DNA of 64,000 bases from Macrostomum lignano (Eukaryota): NCBI GenBank assembly GCA_002269645.1, contig NIVC01001660.1, forward strand, positions 62,001-126,000, read 5' to 3'. A program made the translations under genes and the position numbers. Each line of letters starts with the position of its first letter. Within the stretch, counting starts at the first letter, position 1. The notes under the pieces are model-generated. The model was not told the DNA's origin. It saw nothing but the letters and a program-made list of their open reading frames with translations, and ran no database searches. This document shows, piece after piece, positions 21,697 to 35,000 of the stretch.

Positions 21697-24600
21697 TCAG
21701 AAGCTCGGCATGGGACAAGCCGGTCGGTACTGATCGTTGAGCACATTGAGCAGGACAGACATGACTGTCCACTTGCGATTGTGAGACTCCGGCCACACGA
21801 GGCTTCGCTTTGAGTCGTAGAAAATATCGTCGGTGACTTCCTCCTGCTTGCGGGGCAGGCAGTGCATAAACACCCAGCGCGGCTTGGCGTGCGCCACCAG
21901 GCTGGAGTTCACCTGAGCGGGGTTGGACAGGTGTTAATTGTTTATCTAGTTAGATGAGATCATAAAATAAGGTAGGCTTAATAATTACTGCACTCCAGAC
22001 TGATCTGTGCCGCTAGATAAGGTGAGATAATTACTGCACTCCTGACTGATCTGAGTGCCGCTAGATAAGGTGAGATAATTACTGCACTCCTGACTGATCT
22101 GTGTGCCGCTAGATAAGGTGAGATAATTACTGCACTCCTGACTGATCTGAGTGCCGCTAGATAAGGTGAGATAATTACTGCACTCCTGACTGATCTGTGT
22201 GCCGCTAGATAAGGTGAGATAATTACTGCACTCCTGACTGATCTGAGTGCCGCTAGATAAGGTGAGATAATTACTGCAGTCCTGACTGATCTGAGTGCCG
22301 CTAGATAAGGTGAGATAATTACTGCACTCCTGACTGATCTGTGTGCCGCTAGATAAGGTGAGATAATTACTGCAGTCCTGACTGATCTGAGTGCCGCTAG
22401 ATAAGGTGAGATAATTACTGCAGTCCTGACTGATCTGTGTGCCGCTAGATAAGGTGAGATAATTACTGCACTCCTGACTGATCTGAGTGCCGCTAGATAA
22501 GGTGAGATAATTACTGCAGTCCTGACTGATCTGTGTGCCGCTAGATAAGGTGAGATAATTACTGCACTCCTGACTGATCTGAGTGCCGCTAGATAAGGTG
22601 AGATAATTACTGCAGTCCTGACTGATCTGTGTGCCGCTAGATAAGGTGAGATAATTACTGCACTCCTGACTGATCTGTGTGCCGCTAGATAAGGTGAGAT
22701 AATTACTGCAGTCCTGACTGATCTGAGTGCCGCTAGATAAGGTGAGGTAATTACTGCACTCCTGACTTATCTGTGTCACTAGATAAGGTGAGATAATTAC
22801 TGCAGTCCTGACTGATCTGTGTGCCGCTAGATAAGGTGAGATAATTACTGCACTCCTGACTGATCTGTGTGCCGCTAAATAAGGTGAGATAATTACTGCA
22901 CTCCTGACTGATCTGTGTGCCGCTAAATAAAGTGAGATAATTACTGCACTCCTGACTGATCTGTGTGCCGCTAAATAAGGTGAGATAATTACTGCACTCC
23001 TGACTGATCTGTGTGCCGCTAAATAAGGTGAGATAATTACTGTACATTTAATGATCCCTACCGATGGCTAGGTGAGCTAATTATCGCCAATGAGGCAAGA
23101 TAATTAAACATGATTAATTAGTGTTAACCTGTAATTCATAGTTAATAATATTTGTTAAGTTGAGCTGAGCCAGCACCTGAGATGCCTCACCTGGAACCCT
23201 TTGAAATCTTTCAGGCGGCGCTCCTTCTCCGCCTCGCGGCCCATACTGACGAATGTGTCCGTGACAATGACGTCAGCGCCGCGAACCGCCTCGGCGGGAT
23301 CTCTGGTGAGCACCAGCTGGGTGCCGTACTGGCGGCTGAGCTCGCGGGCGTCCTGCACCACGGCCGGATTCGGGTCATAGCCCGCGGGCGAAGCGATGCG
23401 GATCTGCGGCGACGAAGAGGTTGTTTTGTGGGATACCGTTGAAGGACCAGCGGGACAGGTATTGAAGGCACAGGGAAACAGGTATTGAAGGCACAGGGAA
23501 CAGGTATTGAAGGCACAGGGAACAGGTATTGAAGGCACAGAGGAACAGGTATTGAAGGCACAGGGGAACAGGTATTGAAAGCACAGGGGAACAGGTATTG
23601 AAGGCACAGGGAACAGGTATTGAAGGCACAGAGGAACAGGTATTGAAGGCACAGGGGAACAGGTATTGAAGGCACAGGGAACAGGTATTGAAGGCACAGG
23701 GGAACAGGTATTGAAGGCACAGGGAACAGGTATTGAAGGCACAGGGGAACAGGTATTGAAGGCACAGGGGAACAGATATTGAAGGACCAGCGGGACGGAC
23801 AGGTATTGAAGGCACAGGGAACAGGTATTGAAGGCACAGGGGGACAGGTATTGAAGGCACATGGAAACAGGTATTGAAGGCACAGGGGAACAGGTATTGT
23901 AGACACGGGGAAAAGGTACTCAAGGCACAGAGGAACAGGTATTGAAGTGACAGGGAAACAGTGGAACAGGTATTGAAGTACTAGGGTCCAGTGAACTGAA
24001 AAACCAGATAGATAGATAGATAGGTAGATAGATAGATAGTAAGGTACTGAAAAACCAGATAGACAACCAATTAAAGGACAAGAGACACAGCAATGAAAGA
24101 GCCAGGGGGAACAAGCATTGCCTGACAGGGGGCAATACTGATGAGGAATTACTGAAATAGGATTTCAGCCCAACCCAAACCCCGGTATGCTCACAGACAT
24201 GCCCAGCTTGGGGCAGCCCATCATCAAGGAGTGCGTCATGTTGTTGTCTCCGTCGCCTACAAAAGCCCACACGAGGCCGTTGAGGTGGCCAAAGTTTTCG
24301 TACGCGGTGAAAAAATCGGCCAGCACCTGCAGCGGATGGTACTGGTCAGACAGGCCGTTCACTATGGGCACGCTGGAGTGCTCGGACAGGGTCATCTGGA
24401 CGGGAATTGAGAGGTAGGGAGCATTACATTCGTTATACTTAGTCACTAAACCCAACCTGAATCTCACTAAGCCCAAAATGAATCTCACTTATCCCAGCCT
24501 GAATCTCACTAAACAACAAAACCTGAATCTCACTTACACCCAACCTGAATCTCACTTACACCCAACCTGAATCTCACTTACACCCAACCTGAATATCACT

Positions 24601-25629
24601 AAACCCAACCTGAACCTCACTAATCCCAAAATGAATCTTACCAAGCCCTACCTGAATCTCACTAAGCCCAACCTGAATCTCACTCAGTCCAACTATCATT
24701 TCATTTATCCCAACTTGAATCTCACTAAAACCAATCTGAATCTCACTGTCCAACTGGAAGCTCACTCATCCTGACCTGAAGCTCACTCATCCAAACCTGA
24801 ATCTCACTCATCTCAACCTGAATCTCACTAAGCCCAACCTGAATCTCACTTATCCCAACCTGAATCTCACTCAGTCCAACTGGAATCTCACTCATCTCAA
24901 TCTGAATCTCATAAAGCCCAACCTGAATCTCACTCATCTCAATCTGAATCTCATAAAGCCCAACCTGAATCTCACTCATCTCAATCTGAATCTCATAAAG
25001 CCCAACCTGAATCTCACTAAGCCCAACCTGAATCTCACTCATCTCAACCTGAATCTCACTCATCTCAACCTGAATCTCACTCATCTCAACCTGAATCTCA
25101 CTCATCTCAACCCGAATCTCACTAACCCCACCCCGCCCAATAAATAAGCAAGCCAAAACGCAGCTGCCAATCTCACCAGCGAGTCGTGCGCATACACCCT
25201 GGCCAGCACGGCATCGCAGAAGCCGGACAGCACCTTAGCCGTGTCCGGCAGAGACTCATTCGTGCCCAGGTGTACATCCTGCGGACTGAGGAACACCGGC
25301 TGACCGCCGAGCAGGAAGAAGCCGGTCTCAGTGCTCACCCGAGTGCGGGTGCTGCGCTTCTCAAAGATCATGCCAAGAGAGTGGCCCTCTAGCGGTCGGT
25401 AGCTCAGAAGCCTGTCCTGAGCGTGTCGCGCCTTCAGATCCTTGGCCGTCCACAGCAGCTGGGCGATTTCGGACTCTGAGTAGTCGCGCAGAGTGAGAAA
25501 ATGCCGGCCTTTGAGATTGCTCCACTTGTCGGTTGAGGCGGCCGTTGATGAAGCGGCGCGGGATGCGATGCGAGGAGACTGGACAACGGCCAGGCGACCG
25601 ACTTTGATGAGCAATTGCAGTGGCGACAT
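21697..25629 (-). CDS. OTC: Ornithine carbamoyltransferase, mitochondrial-type, 360 aa
   Basis: Exons 25177-25629, 24195-24395, 23191-23403 and 21697-21912, all GT-AG and phase 0. Carbamoyl-phosphate motif [15 protein letters not shown], ornithine-binding SMG loop (TDTFVSMG), HCLP, and an N-terminal presequence. Confidence 0.97.
21985..23045. repeat. 48-bp minisatellite in OTC intron 3
   Basis: Unit ataattactgcactcctgactgatctgagtgccgctagataaggtgag; produces the spurious [16 protein letters not shown] ORFs. Confidence 0.95.
23445..23985. repeat. ~21-bp minisatellite in OTC intron 2
   Basis: Unit ggaacaggtattgaaggcacag with variable G runs. Confidence 0.95.
24455..25125. repeat. 21-bp minisatellite in OTC intron 1
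   Basis: Unit ctgaatctcactcatctcaac; produces the spurious SEIQVEM ORFs. Confidence 0.95.
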
Positions 25630-25699
25630 CGCTGGTTTAAAGAGCAGCGGAAAGTAATTAAATATTGTTAGATATTTCGTGTGACATTTTTGATTTCTA

Positions 25700-27030
25700 A
25701 ATCACCTGTTTAGCTTATGGGCGATTCTTAAATCACCTGTTTAGTCTATGGGCGATTCTTAAATCACCTGTTTAGCCTATGGGCGATTCTTAAATCACCT
25801 GTTTAGCTTATGGGCGATTCTTAAATCACCTGTTTAGTCTATGGGCGATTCTTAAATCACCTGTTTAGCCTATGGGCGATTCTTAAATCACCTGTTTAGC
25901 TTATGGGCGATTCTTAAATCACCTGTTTAGTCTATGGGCGATTCTTAAATCACCTGTTTGGTCTATGGGCGATTCTTAAATCACCTGTATAGTCTATGGG
26001 CGATTCTTAAATCACCTGTTTAGTCTATGGGCGATTCTTAAATCACCTGTTTAGCCTATGGGCGATTCTTAAATCACCTGTTTAGCTTATGGGCGATTCT
26101 TAAATCACCTGTTTAGTCTATGGGCGATTCTTAAATCACCTGTTTAGTCTATGGGCGATTCTTAAATCACCTGTTTAGTCTATGGGCGATTCTTAAATCA
26201 CCTGTTTAGTCTATGGGCGATTCTTAAATCACCTGTTTAGTCTATGGGCGATTCTTAAATCACCTGTTTAGCCTATGGGCGATTCTTAAATCACCTGTTT
26301 AGCTTATGGGCGATTCTTAAATCACCTGTTTAGTCTATGGGCGATTCTTAAATCACCTGTTTAGTCTATGGGCGATTCTTAAATCACCTGTTTAGTCTAT
26401 GGGCGATTCTTAAATCACCTGTTTAGTCTATGGGCGATTCTTAAATCACTTGTTTAGTCTATGGGCGATTCTTAAATCACCTGTTTAGCCTATGGGCGAT
26501 TCTTAAATCACCTGTTTAGTCTATGCGCGACTCTTAAATCACCTGTTTAGTCTATGGGCGATTCTTAAATCACCTGTTTAGCCTATGGGCGATTCCTAAA
26601 TCACCTGTTTAGTCTATAGGCGATTCTTAAAACACCTGTTTAGTCTATGGGCGATTCTTAAATCACCTGTTTAGTCTATGGGCGATTCTTAAAACACCTG
26701 TTTAGTCTATGGGCGATTCTTAAAACACCTGTTTAGTCTATGGGCGATTCTTAAAACACCTGTTTAGTCTATGGGCGATTCTTAAAACACCTGTTTGGTC
26801 TATGGGCGATTCTTAAAACACCTGTTTAGTCTATGGGCGATTCTTAAATCACATTTTTAGTCTGTGGGCGATTCTTAAATCACCTGTTTAGCCTATTATA
26901 GGCGATTCCTAAATCACCTGTTTAGTCTATGGGCGATTCCTAAATCACATGCTTAGTTCAAGGGCGATTCTTAAATGACCGGTTTAGTCTATGGGGGTTC
27001 TTAAACTACCTGTTTAGTCTATGGGGATTC
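25700..27030. repeat. 31-bp minisatellite immediately upstream of OTC
   Basis: Unit tttagtctatgggcgattcttaaatcacctg, about 40 copies. Confidence 0.95.
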
Positions 27031-27669
27031 TTAAAGCAACTGATTAATCCATTACCAAAAGAAGTTATTGCGCACCTGTGTATTCTAAATATAATAGGCA
27101 TAAATAATGTTGTATATACTTAGCGAACAAAATGAATTTCAAACAGGTGAATCTCTGGATAGATAAAAAATCACATAACACATAGTCTAGAGTTTGTACA
27201 CGGCGAAGCGGTGCTTGGAATTCCAAATTGCTTGAAGTACACACAATCAAAATAATGAGAGTATTAATTAATACAATTTCTGGTAAAAATCATATATGAA
27301 GCTAGATCGATCGCGAAAATATGCTATTTAAATATGACTGCAAAAAACTACAACACACTACAGATCAGAACAAGTGTTGGAAGGCGTCTGTGGCTACCCA
27401 TGGCTAAAAATTTTTGGCACTGTCAACATATTTGAATGTGCATTATAAATATTAAATAAGCGGGCTAAGCGCGTCACAACAGGAACTATTTTTGCTAGAA
27501 GTACATTTATGCGGAATTCACCCTTACAGTCCAGCCATAGTAAGCACAAAAGTAATTTGTGTTTTACTTGCGTGTCTATGTACTGGTATTTTCTTTTTAG
27601 ACTGAAGAAATTATTAAATTTAACTGGCTGAGTACCCTATGGCTTATTATGATCTATTTCCGATATTCA

Positions 27670-28205
27670 CCCCTACTGTCCCCTTGAGACCCCTACTGTC
27701 CCCTTGAGACCCCTACTGTCCCCTTGAGACCCATACTGTTCCATGCGCCCCTACTGTCCTCTGTGACCCCTACTGTCCCCTTGTGACCCCTACTGTCCCC
27801 TTGAGACCCCTACTGTCCCATGCGACCCCTACTGTCCTCTGTGACCCCTACTGTCCCCTTGTGACCCCTACTGTCCCCTTGAGACCCCTACTGTCCCATG
27901 CGACCCCTACTGTCCCCTTGTGACCCCTACTGTCCCCTTGAGACCCCTACTGTCCCATGCGACCCCTACTGTCCTCTGTGACCCCTACTGTCCCCTTGAG
28001 ACCCCTACTGTCCCCTTGAGACCCCTACTGTCCCATGCGCGACCCCTACTGTTCTCTGTGACCCCTACTGTCCTGCAACCCCTACTGTCCTGTGAACCCT
28101 ACTGTCCCTTTGTGACCCCTACTCCTTGTGACCCCTACTGTCCCCTGTGACACTACTGTTGCTTATGTAACCCTCTACTGTCCCTTCCCTGACCCTTACT
28201 GTCAC
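27670..28205. repeat. ~20-bp minisatellite
   Basis: Unit gacccctactgtccccttga. Confidence 0.9.
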
Positions 28206-28719
28206 TGCACCTTATTTACGACTTATATAGTGCCATTTCAGGAGCTCTGGGTCAAGTAACCATGGCTGCAAGTCCAATGCCCTCTACAAATGTAAGGTAC
28301 TCTTCAAAAATGTAATCTAGGAATACATACGCGCGTACTGTATGGAAAATTATTGGTTTAACAAAAAAATCAGGACACAATTTGCTCATACGAGCTAGAT
28401 TGAGGATAAAGGATACTGAACCAATTTAATTTGCGAAAGCTTTTGATAAACTACATCACAGCGCATGTTTCCGAGCAAGATTGTATATACAGCTAGCGAT
28501 TCAGACCGACTGCAGTAAATACGGAGGGCACAACACTGACAGAATTGAATAAATCGAATGGCACAGAGTCAGTTCAAATATCTGCTTCTGCGAACAGAAA
28601 AAGGTGGTGGCAGATTTGAAGTTAAGACAATCATTTCGAAAGGCCAGTCATTAAATATCAATGCACTTACTATTTAGGGGTGGGGATTTCAATGAGGATT
28701 CTGACACTCTGGGGGGCTG

Positions 28720-28945
28720 GCACAGCAACTGAGGATCTGGGAGGCTGGCCCAGCAACTGAAGATCTGGGAGGCTGGCTCAGCAACTGAGAATTTCGGAGG
28801 CTGCTGGCCCAGCAACTGAGAATATGGGAGGCTGGCTCAGCAACTGAGGATATGGGAGGCTGTTGGCCCAGCAACTGAGGATATGGGAGGCTCGCCCAGC
28901 AACTGAGGATATGGGAGGCTGGCCCAGCAACTGAGGATATGGAAG
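28720..28945. repeat. ~28-bp short tandem array downstream of the VPS39 stop codon
   Basis: Unit cagcaactgaggatatgggaggctggc. Confidence 0.85.
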
Positions 28946-29012
28946 GCTGGCAGGACAACCTCACAAGCCAGTATACTAGGCAACAGCAATAGCTATAAAC
29001 ACACACAGACAC

Positions 29013-32000
29013 TCACTCCGCCCCAGACTGTCCGCCACTCAGGCGAGCCCGCATCACCGCCATGCAGCCGTAGTGGGTGACCTGGCGCGACGGGAACCTG
29101 GCAAAGGCGCTGGCCCCGATCCGGTTCTGGCAGACGCTGCACCGGGTGCCCTCCTCGATGGCCACCCGGCCGGAGCGGACCCGGGCGAAGGCGGCCGCAG
29201 TCTGCAGCCGCTCGGCGTGGTACAGACCGCGGCGGGACTGCAGCAGGCGCTTCTCGGCCTCGAGCCGTTGCAGCGATGTCAGCAGATAGTCAGACAGGTC
29301 GGCCAGCGGGGTGGCCGGCGGCAGCAGCGGCAGGACTCGGACAGGCGGTATCTGGCCCGGCCGGCGTTTCAATAATTGTAGCGCGCGCTGCGTCATTGGC
29401 GCCGGAGCGCGCGGCGCCTACAAAAGTAGTGCTTTATTTATAACAAACCAAGGCAGACTGTTTAGGATTTCACTTTGAAAGATGAGCAATACGGGGGCCG
29501 ATTTCATAAAAAAGCTACAAGTGACCAGTGAAAAGTCGACAAATGACAAGTGTCAAGCGTCAACGATTTTGGTTTCATAAACATGGGTCCTTAATCGTGT
29601 TAAAAATAACTCAATTTTATGTCAATGGTTGAGACACAATATGAATTTAAGGATCTGTGTTTTAGACAGACTTGCTTTAAAGACGGCCTCTGCGTTCTTC
29701 TTGGACTTCAATACACAGCTTTAAACCACTTTAAAGCTCACTTTCAGGGAGGTTATTGACATAGATTTTATTTTGCGGGATTTATTCGATCACTTTCCCG
29801 GACATATTGCAAGGATTATTGTATGTATCTAAATAAGCGAGCTAGCTTCTCTCTTCTCTTTCCTTCCTGACTCGAGAAATTTCTTAATGAAATTTTGTCT
29901 ATGGTAAGAATGTGGGGGCTTTGCCGCCACACCCCTAGCAGGGGCTTCGCCCCCACACCCCCACCCCCAACTTCAATCATAGACATACAAGTATGGCTCC
30001 GGGATTTATCTGAATACATGCCGCAAAATTAAAGTAGTTTAAATAAGATATTCTATGAGTTTTTCGGTCGGTATTTCACTTAAATCCCATACCGACCTCA
30101 AACCCATAGAAAATATTATACTTAATAAAGCTAAAATTGTCACAGCGACTTGTCAAAAACACAAGACAAGAGGAAGTATTTTCACACAGAAGCATCCAGC
30201 TTAGTGCATGTCTATGGACGAAACCCCCGAAGAAGCGATTGTAATTTGTCAAATTTCGCTTGTCACTTGTAATTTGTCCGACAAGTGCTTTATGAATAGC
30301 CCTACTCACATGCAATTTATAGGCCTCGGCAGGCAGGGGCGCCAGCAGCGCTTTGATCAGCTGACCGTAGACCTCGCCCTGAAGGCTGGCTAGCGAAGAA
30401 TCGGCCGCATCGCCAGTTTCGGCAGTTGGCTGGCTGAGAATCTCTTCAGCCAGAGACTCAGCCTTCTCCGGCGACTCCAAATACTGAGCCAGAATAGTGA
30501 ATGCCAGCTCGTACTGGCCCAGCCTGCTCAGCAGCAGGGCTCGCTCCTCCAGCATGTCGTTGTTAGGATAGCGGGCCAGCAGCTCCTGGGCGTTGTAGTG
30601 CCGGGAGCGGCGCAGGAAGGCCAGCAGTCGGGACCGGGCGCCGGCCACGGCTAAAGGCTCGGTCTGCTGCTCAAGCCTGAGCCGGTACTGGTTAGCCAGT
30701 CGGGTGTGCAGCGATTCGCTGGTGTCAGGCGGCTTACAGTGCAGTACGCAGTGCTCAAGATAGTCTGTGAGCAGTTGGGGAGCGCTAGACTCCAGGAAAT
30801 TGGCCACCTCTATGCGTGGCAGCGCATTGTCACCGTCTGCTTGGCTCTCTGTGAAGATTCGCAAGCCCTCCTTGGGGTCGCGCTCGATTATCCACCGACT
30901 GTAGCGGAATATGAGATCCTGGTAGGGCACGCCCAGTTCCTGCACGATGCAACAGTTTTGTGGGATGCAGGGTTAGGGGATGCGGTGTCAGGATAGGGGC
31001 TGCAGTGTCAGGATAGGGGGCTGCAGTGTCAGGATAGGGGGCTGCAGTGTCAGGATAGGGGGCTGCAGTGTCAGGATAGGGGCTGCAGTGTCAGGATAGG
31101 GGCTGCAGTGTCAGGATAGGGGGCTGCAGTGTCAGGATAGGGGCTGCAGTGTCAGGATAGGGGCTGCAGTGTCAGGATAGGGGGCTGCAGTGTCAGGATA
31201 GGGGCTGCAGTGTCAGGATAGGGGCTGCAGTGTCAGGATAGGGGGCTGCAGTGTCAGGATAGGGGGCTGCAGTGTCAGGATAGGGGCTGCAGTGTCAGGA
31301 TAGGGGGCTGCAGTGTCAGGGTAGGGGCTGCAGTGTCAGGGTAGGGGCTGCAGTGACAGGATAGGGGGCTGCAGTGTCAGGATAGGGGGCTGCAGTGTCA
31401 GGATAGGGGGCTGCAGTGTCAGGATAGGGGCTGCAGTGTCAGGATAGGGGCTGCAGTGTCAGGATAGGGGGCTGCAGTGTCAGGATAGGGGCTGCAGTGT
31501 CAGGATAGGGGCTGCAGTGTCAGGATAGGGGCTGCAGTGTCAGGATAGGGGGCTGCAGTGTCAGGATAGGGGGCTGCAGTGTCAGGATAGGGGGCTGCAG
31601 TGTCAGGATAGGGGCTGCAGTGTCAGGATAGGGGGCTGCAGTGTCAGGATAGGGGGCTGCAGTGTCAGGATAGGGGGCTGCAGTGTCAGGATAGGGGGCT
31701 GCAGTGTCAGGATAGGGTGCTGCAGTGTCAGGATAGGGGCTGCAGTGTCAGGATAGGGGCTGCAGTGTCAGGATAGGGGGCTGCAGTGTCAGGATAGGGG
31801 CTGCAGTGTCAGGATAGGGGGCTGCAGTGTCAGGATAGGGGGCTGCAGTGTCAGGATAGGGGCTGCAGTGTCAGGATAGGGGCTGCAGTGTCAGGGTAGG
31901 GGCTGCAGTGTCAGGGTAGGGGCTGCAGTGACAGGATAGGGGGCTGCAGTGTCAGGATAGGGGGCTGCAGTGTCAGGATAGGGGGCTGCAGTGTCAGGAT

Positions 32001-35000
32001 AGGGGGCTGCAGTGTCAGGATAGGGGGCTGCAGTGTCAGGATAGGGGCTGCAGTGTCAGGATAGGGGGCTGCAGTGTCAGGATAGGGGGCTGCAGTGTCA
32101 GGATAGGGGGCTGCAGTGTCAGGATAGGGGGCTGCAGTGTCAGGATAGGGGGCTGCAGTGTCAGGATAGGGGGCTGCAGTGTCAGGATAGGGGGCTGCAG
32201 TGTCAGGATAGGGGGCTGCAGTGTCAGGATAGGGGCTGCAGTGTCAGGATAGGGGGCTGCAGTGTCAGGGTAGGGCTGCAGTGTCAGGGTAGGGGCTGCA
32301 GTGACAGGATAGGGGGCTGCAGTGTCAGGATAGGGGGCTGCAGTGTCAGGATAGGGGCTGCAGTGTCAGGATAGGGGGCTGCAGTGTCAGGATAGGGGGC
32401 TGCAGTGTCAGGATAGGGGGCTGCAGTGTCAGGATAGGGGCTGCAGTGTCAGGATAGGGGGCTGCAGTGTCAGGATAGGGGGCTGCAGTGTCAGGATAGG
32501 GGGCTGCAGTGTCAGGATAGGGGCTGCAGTGTCAGGATAGGGGCTGCAGTGTCAGGGTAGGGGCTGCAGTGTCAGGGTAGGGGCTGCAGTGACAGGATAG
32601 GGGCTGCAGTGTCAGGATAGGGGGCTGCAGTGTCAGGATAGGGGGCTGCAGTGTCAGGATAGGGGGCTGCAGTGTCAGGATAGGGGGCTGCAGTGTCAGG
32701 ATAGGGGGCTGCAGTGTCAGGATAGGGGCTGCAGTGTCAGGATAGGGGGCTGCAGTGTCAGGGTAGGGGCTGCAGTGTCAGGGTAGGGGCTGCAGTGACA
32801 GGATAGGGGGCTGCAGTGTCAGGATAGGGGGCTGCAGTGTCAGGATAGGGGGCTGCAGTGTCAGGATAGGGGGCTGCAGTGTCAGGATAGGGGGCTGCAG
32901 TGTCAGGATAGGGGGCTGCAGTGTCAGGATAGGGGGCTGCAGTGTCAGGATAGGGGGCTGCAGTGTCAGGATAGGGGCTGCAGTGTCAGGATAGGGGGCT
33001 GCAGTGTCAGGATAGGGGCTGCAGTGTCAGGATAGGGGGCTGCAGTGTCAGGGTAGGGGCTGCAGTGTCAGGGTAGGGGCTGCAGTGACAGGATAGGGGG
33101 CTGCAGTGTCAGGATAGGGGGCTGCAGTGTCAGGATAGGGGGCTGCAGTGTCAGGATAGGGGGCTGCAGTGTCAGGATAGGGGGCTGCAGTGTCAGGATA
33201 GGGGGCTGCAGTGTCAGGATAGGGGCTGCAGTGTCAGGATAGGGGGCTGCAGTGTCAGGATAGGGGGCTGCAGTGTCAGGATAGGGGGCTGCAGTGTCAG
33301 GGTAGGGACTGCAGTGTCAGGGTAGGGGCTGCAGTGACAGGATAGGGGCTGCAGTGACAGGATAGGGGCTGCAGTGTCAGGATAGGGGCTGCAGTGTCAG
33401 GGTAGGGGGCTGCAGTGTCAGGATAGGGGGCTGCAGTGTCAGGATAGGGGGCTGCAGTGTCAGGATAGGGGCTGCAGTGTCAGGGTAGGGGGCTGCAGTG
33501 TCAGGATAGGGGGCTGCAGTGTCAGGATAGGGGCTGCAGTGTCAGGATAGGGGCTGCAGTGTCAGGATAGGGGGCTGCAGTTTCAGGAAGTGGCTGCAGT
33601 GACAGGATAGGGAGCTGCAGTGACAGGATAGGGGGCTGCAGTGTCAGGATAGGGGGCTGCAGTGTCAGGATACGGGGCTGCAGTGACAGGAAAAGTTGCT
33701 GCAGTGACAGGATAGGGGGCTGCAGTGACAGGAAAAGTTGCTGCAGTGACAGGAAGTGGCTGCAGTGACAGGATAGGGGCTGCAGTGTCAGGATAGGGGG
33801 CTGCAGTGTCAGGGTAGGGGCTGCAGTGTCAGGATAGGGGCTGCAGTGTCAGGATAGGGGGCTGCAGTGTCAGGATAGGGGGCTGCAGTGTCAGGATAGG
33901 GGGCTGCAGTGTCAGGGTAGGGGGCTGCAGTGACAGGAAGTGGCTGCAGTGACAGGATAGGGAGCTGCAGTGACAGGATAGGGGGCTGCAGTGACAGGAT
34001 AGGGGGCTGCAGTGTCAGGATACGGGGCTGCAGTGACAGGAAAAGTTGCTGCAGTGACAGGATAGGGGGCTGCAGTGTCAGGATAGGGGGCTGCAGTGAC
34101 AGGAAAAGTTGCTGCAGTGACAGGATAGGGGGCTGCAGTGTCAGGATAGGGGGCTGCAGTGACAGGAAAAGTTGCTGCAGTGACAGGAAGTGGCTGCAGT
34201 GACAGGATAGGGGGCTGCAGTGACAGGATAGGGGGCTGCAGTGACAGGATAGGGGGCTGCAGTGACAGGATAGGTTAATGCGGTAATGTTAGACTAAGGT
34301 TTCAAGATAGAGTTCTACAACAGTCAAACAGAAAAGCTAAATCCGATTTACCTGCAGGTACTGCACGCTGTCCTCAATATTGGAGATCTGAGAGCCGGGT
34401 TGCTGATAGTGCTCCATGAGCAGTTTCAAACTTGACTCGTGATCGTTATTGTTTTTATAGAGCAGCAGCAGGCTTGACCACATTCGCTTCTGTTTCAGAC
34501 AGGCTTCCGCCTCGCGCAGGTGACAATAGTTGGTGGTGCGAAGCAGGGAAGGCACCAGAGCGGGATTGCTCTCCAGGTAGCATTTCAGCAGTGAAGTGTC
34601 AACTAGCTGACGGAGCTTCTCTAAGTCAGCGGTGATTGGCTGTGGTGGAAGGCATCAGGTTGAAGCCATTTGCACTTTCCAGTTCGCTTCGAAGCCAGAC
34701 TCCAGATTGCCTACTCTCCCCCTTTAGCCACTGCTATCTACTCTCCCCCTTTAGCCACTGCTATCTACTCTCCCCCTTTAGCCACTGCTATCTACTCTCC
34801 CCCAACCACTCTTCTGTCTACTCTTCTCTCTTAGCCTTTGTAGCCCCTGAGAATCTCACACCTTAGAGAATCTTACTCATTAGAATCTCCGGCCCCTGAG
34901 AATCTCACCCCTGATTATTTCACTCGTGAGAATCTCAGCCCTGAGACTCTCTTCTCCCTAAGAATCTCTCGAAGGGGGTAGCCTAGTGGTCTCTGATGTG

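Noticed and set aside
21985-25156. Long repetitive ORFs ([32 protein letters not shown])
   Set aside because: They are translations of intronic minisatellites between OTC exons that splice cleanly without them.
29676-29700. taaagacggcctct, resembling part of a flatworm spliced leader as I recall it
   Set aside because: The match is too short, with no donor or Sm site in the expected arrangement.
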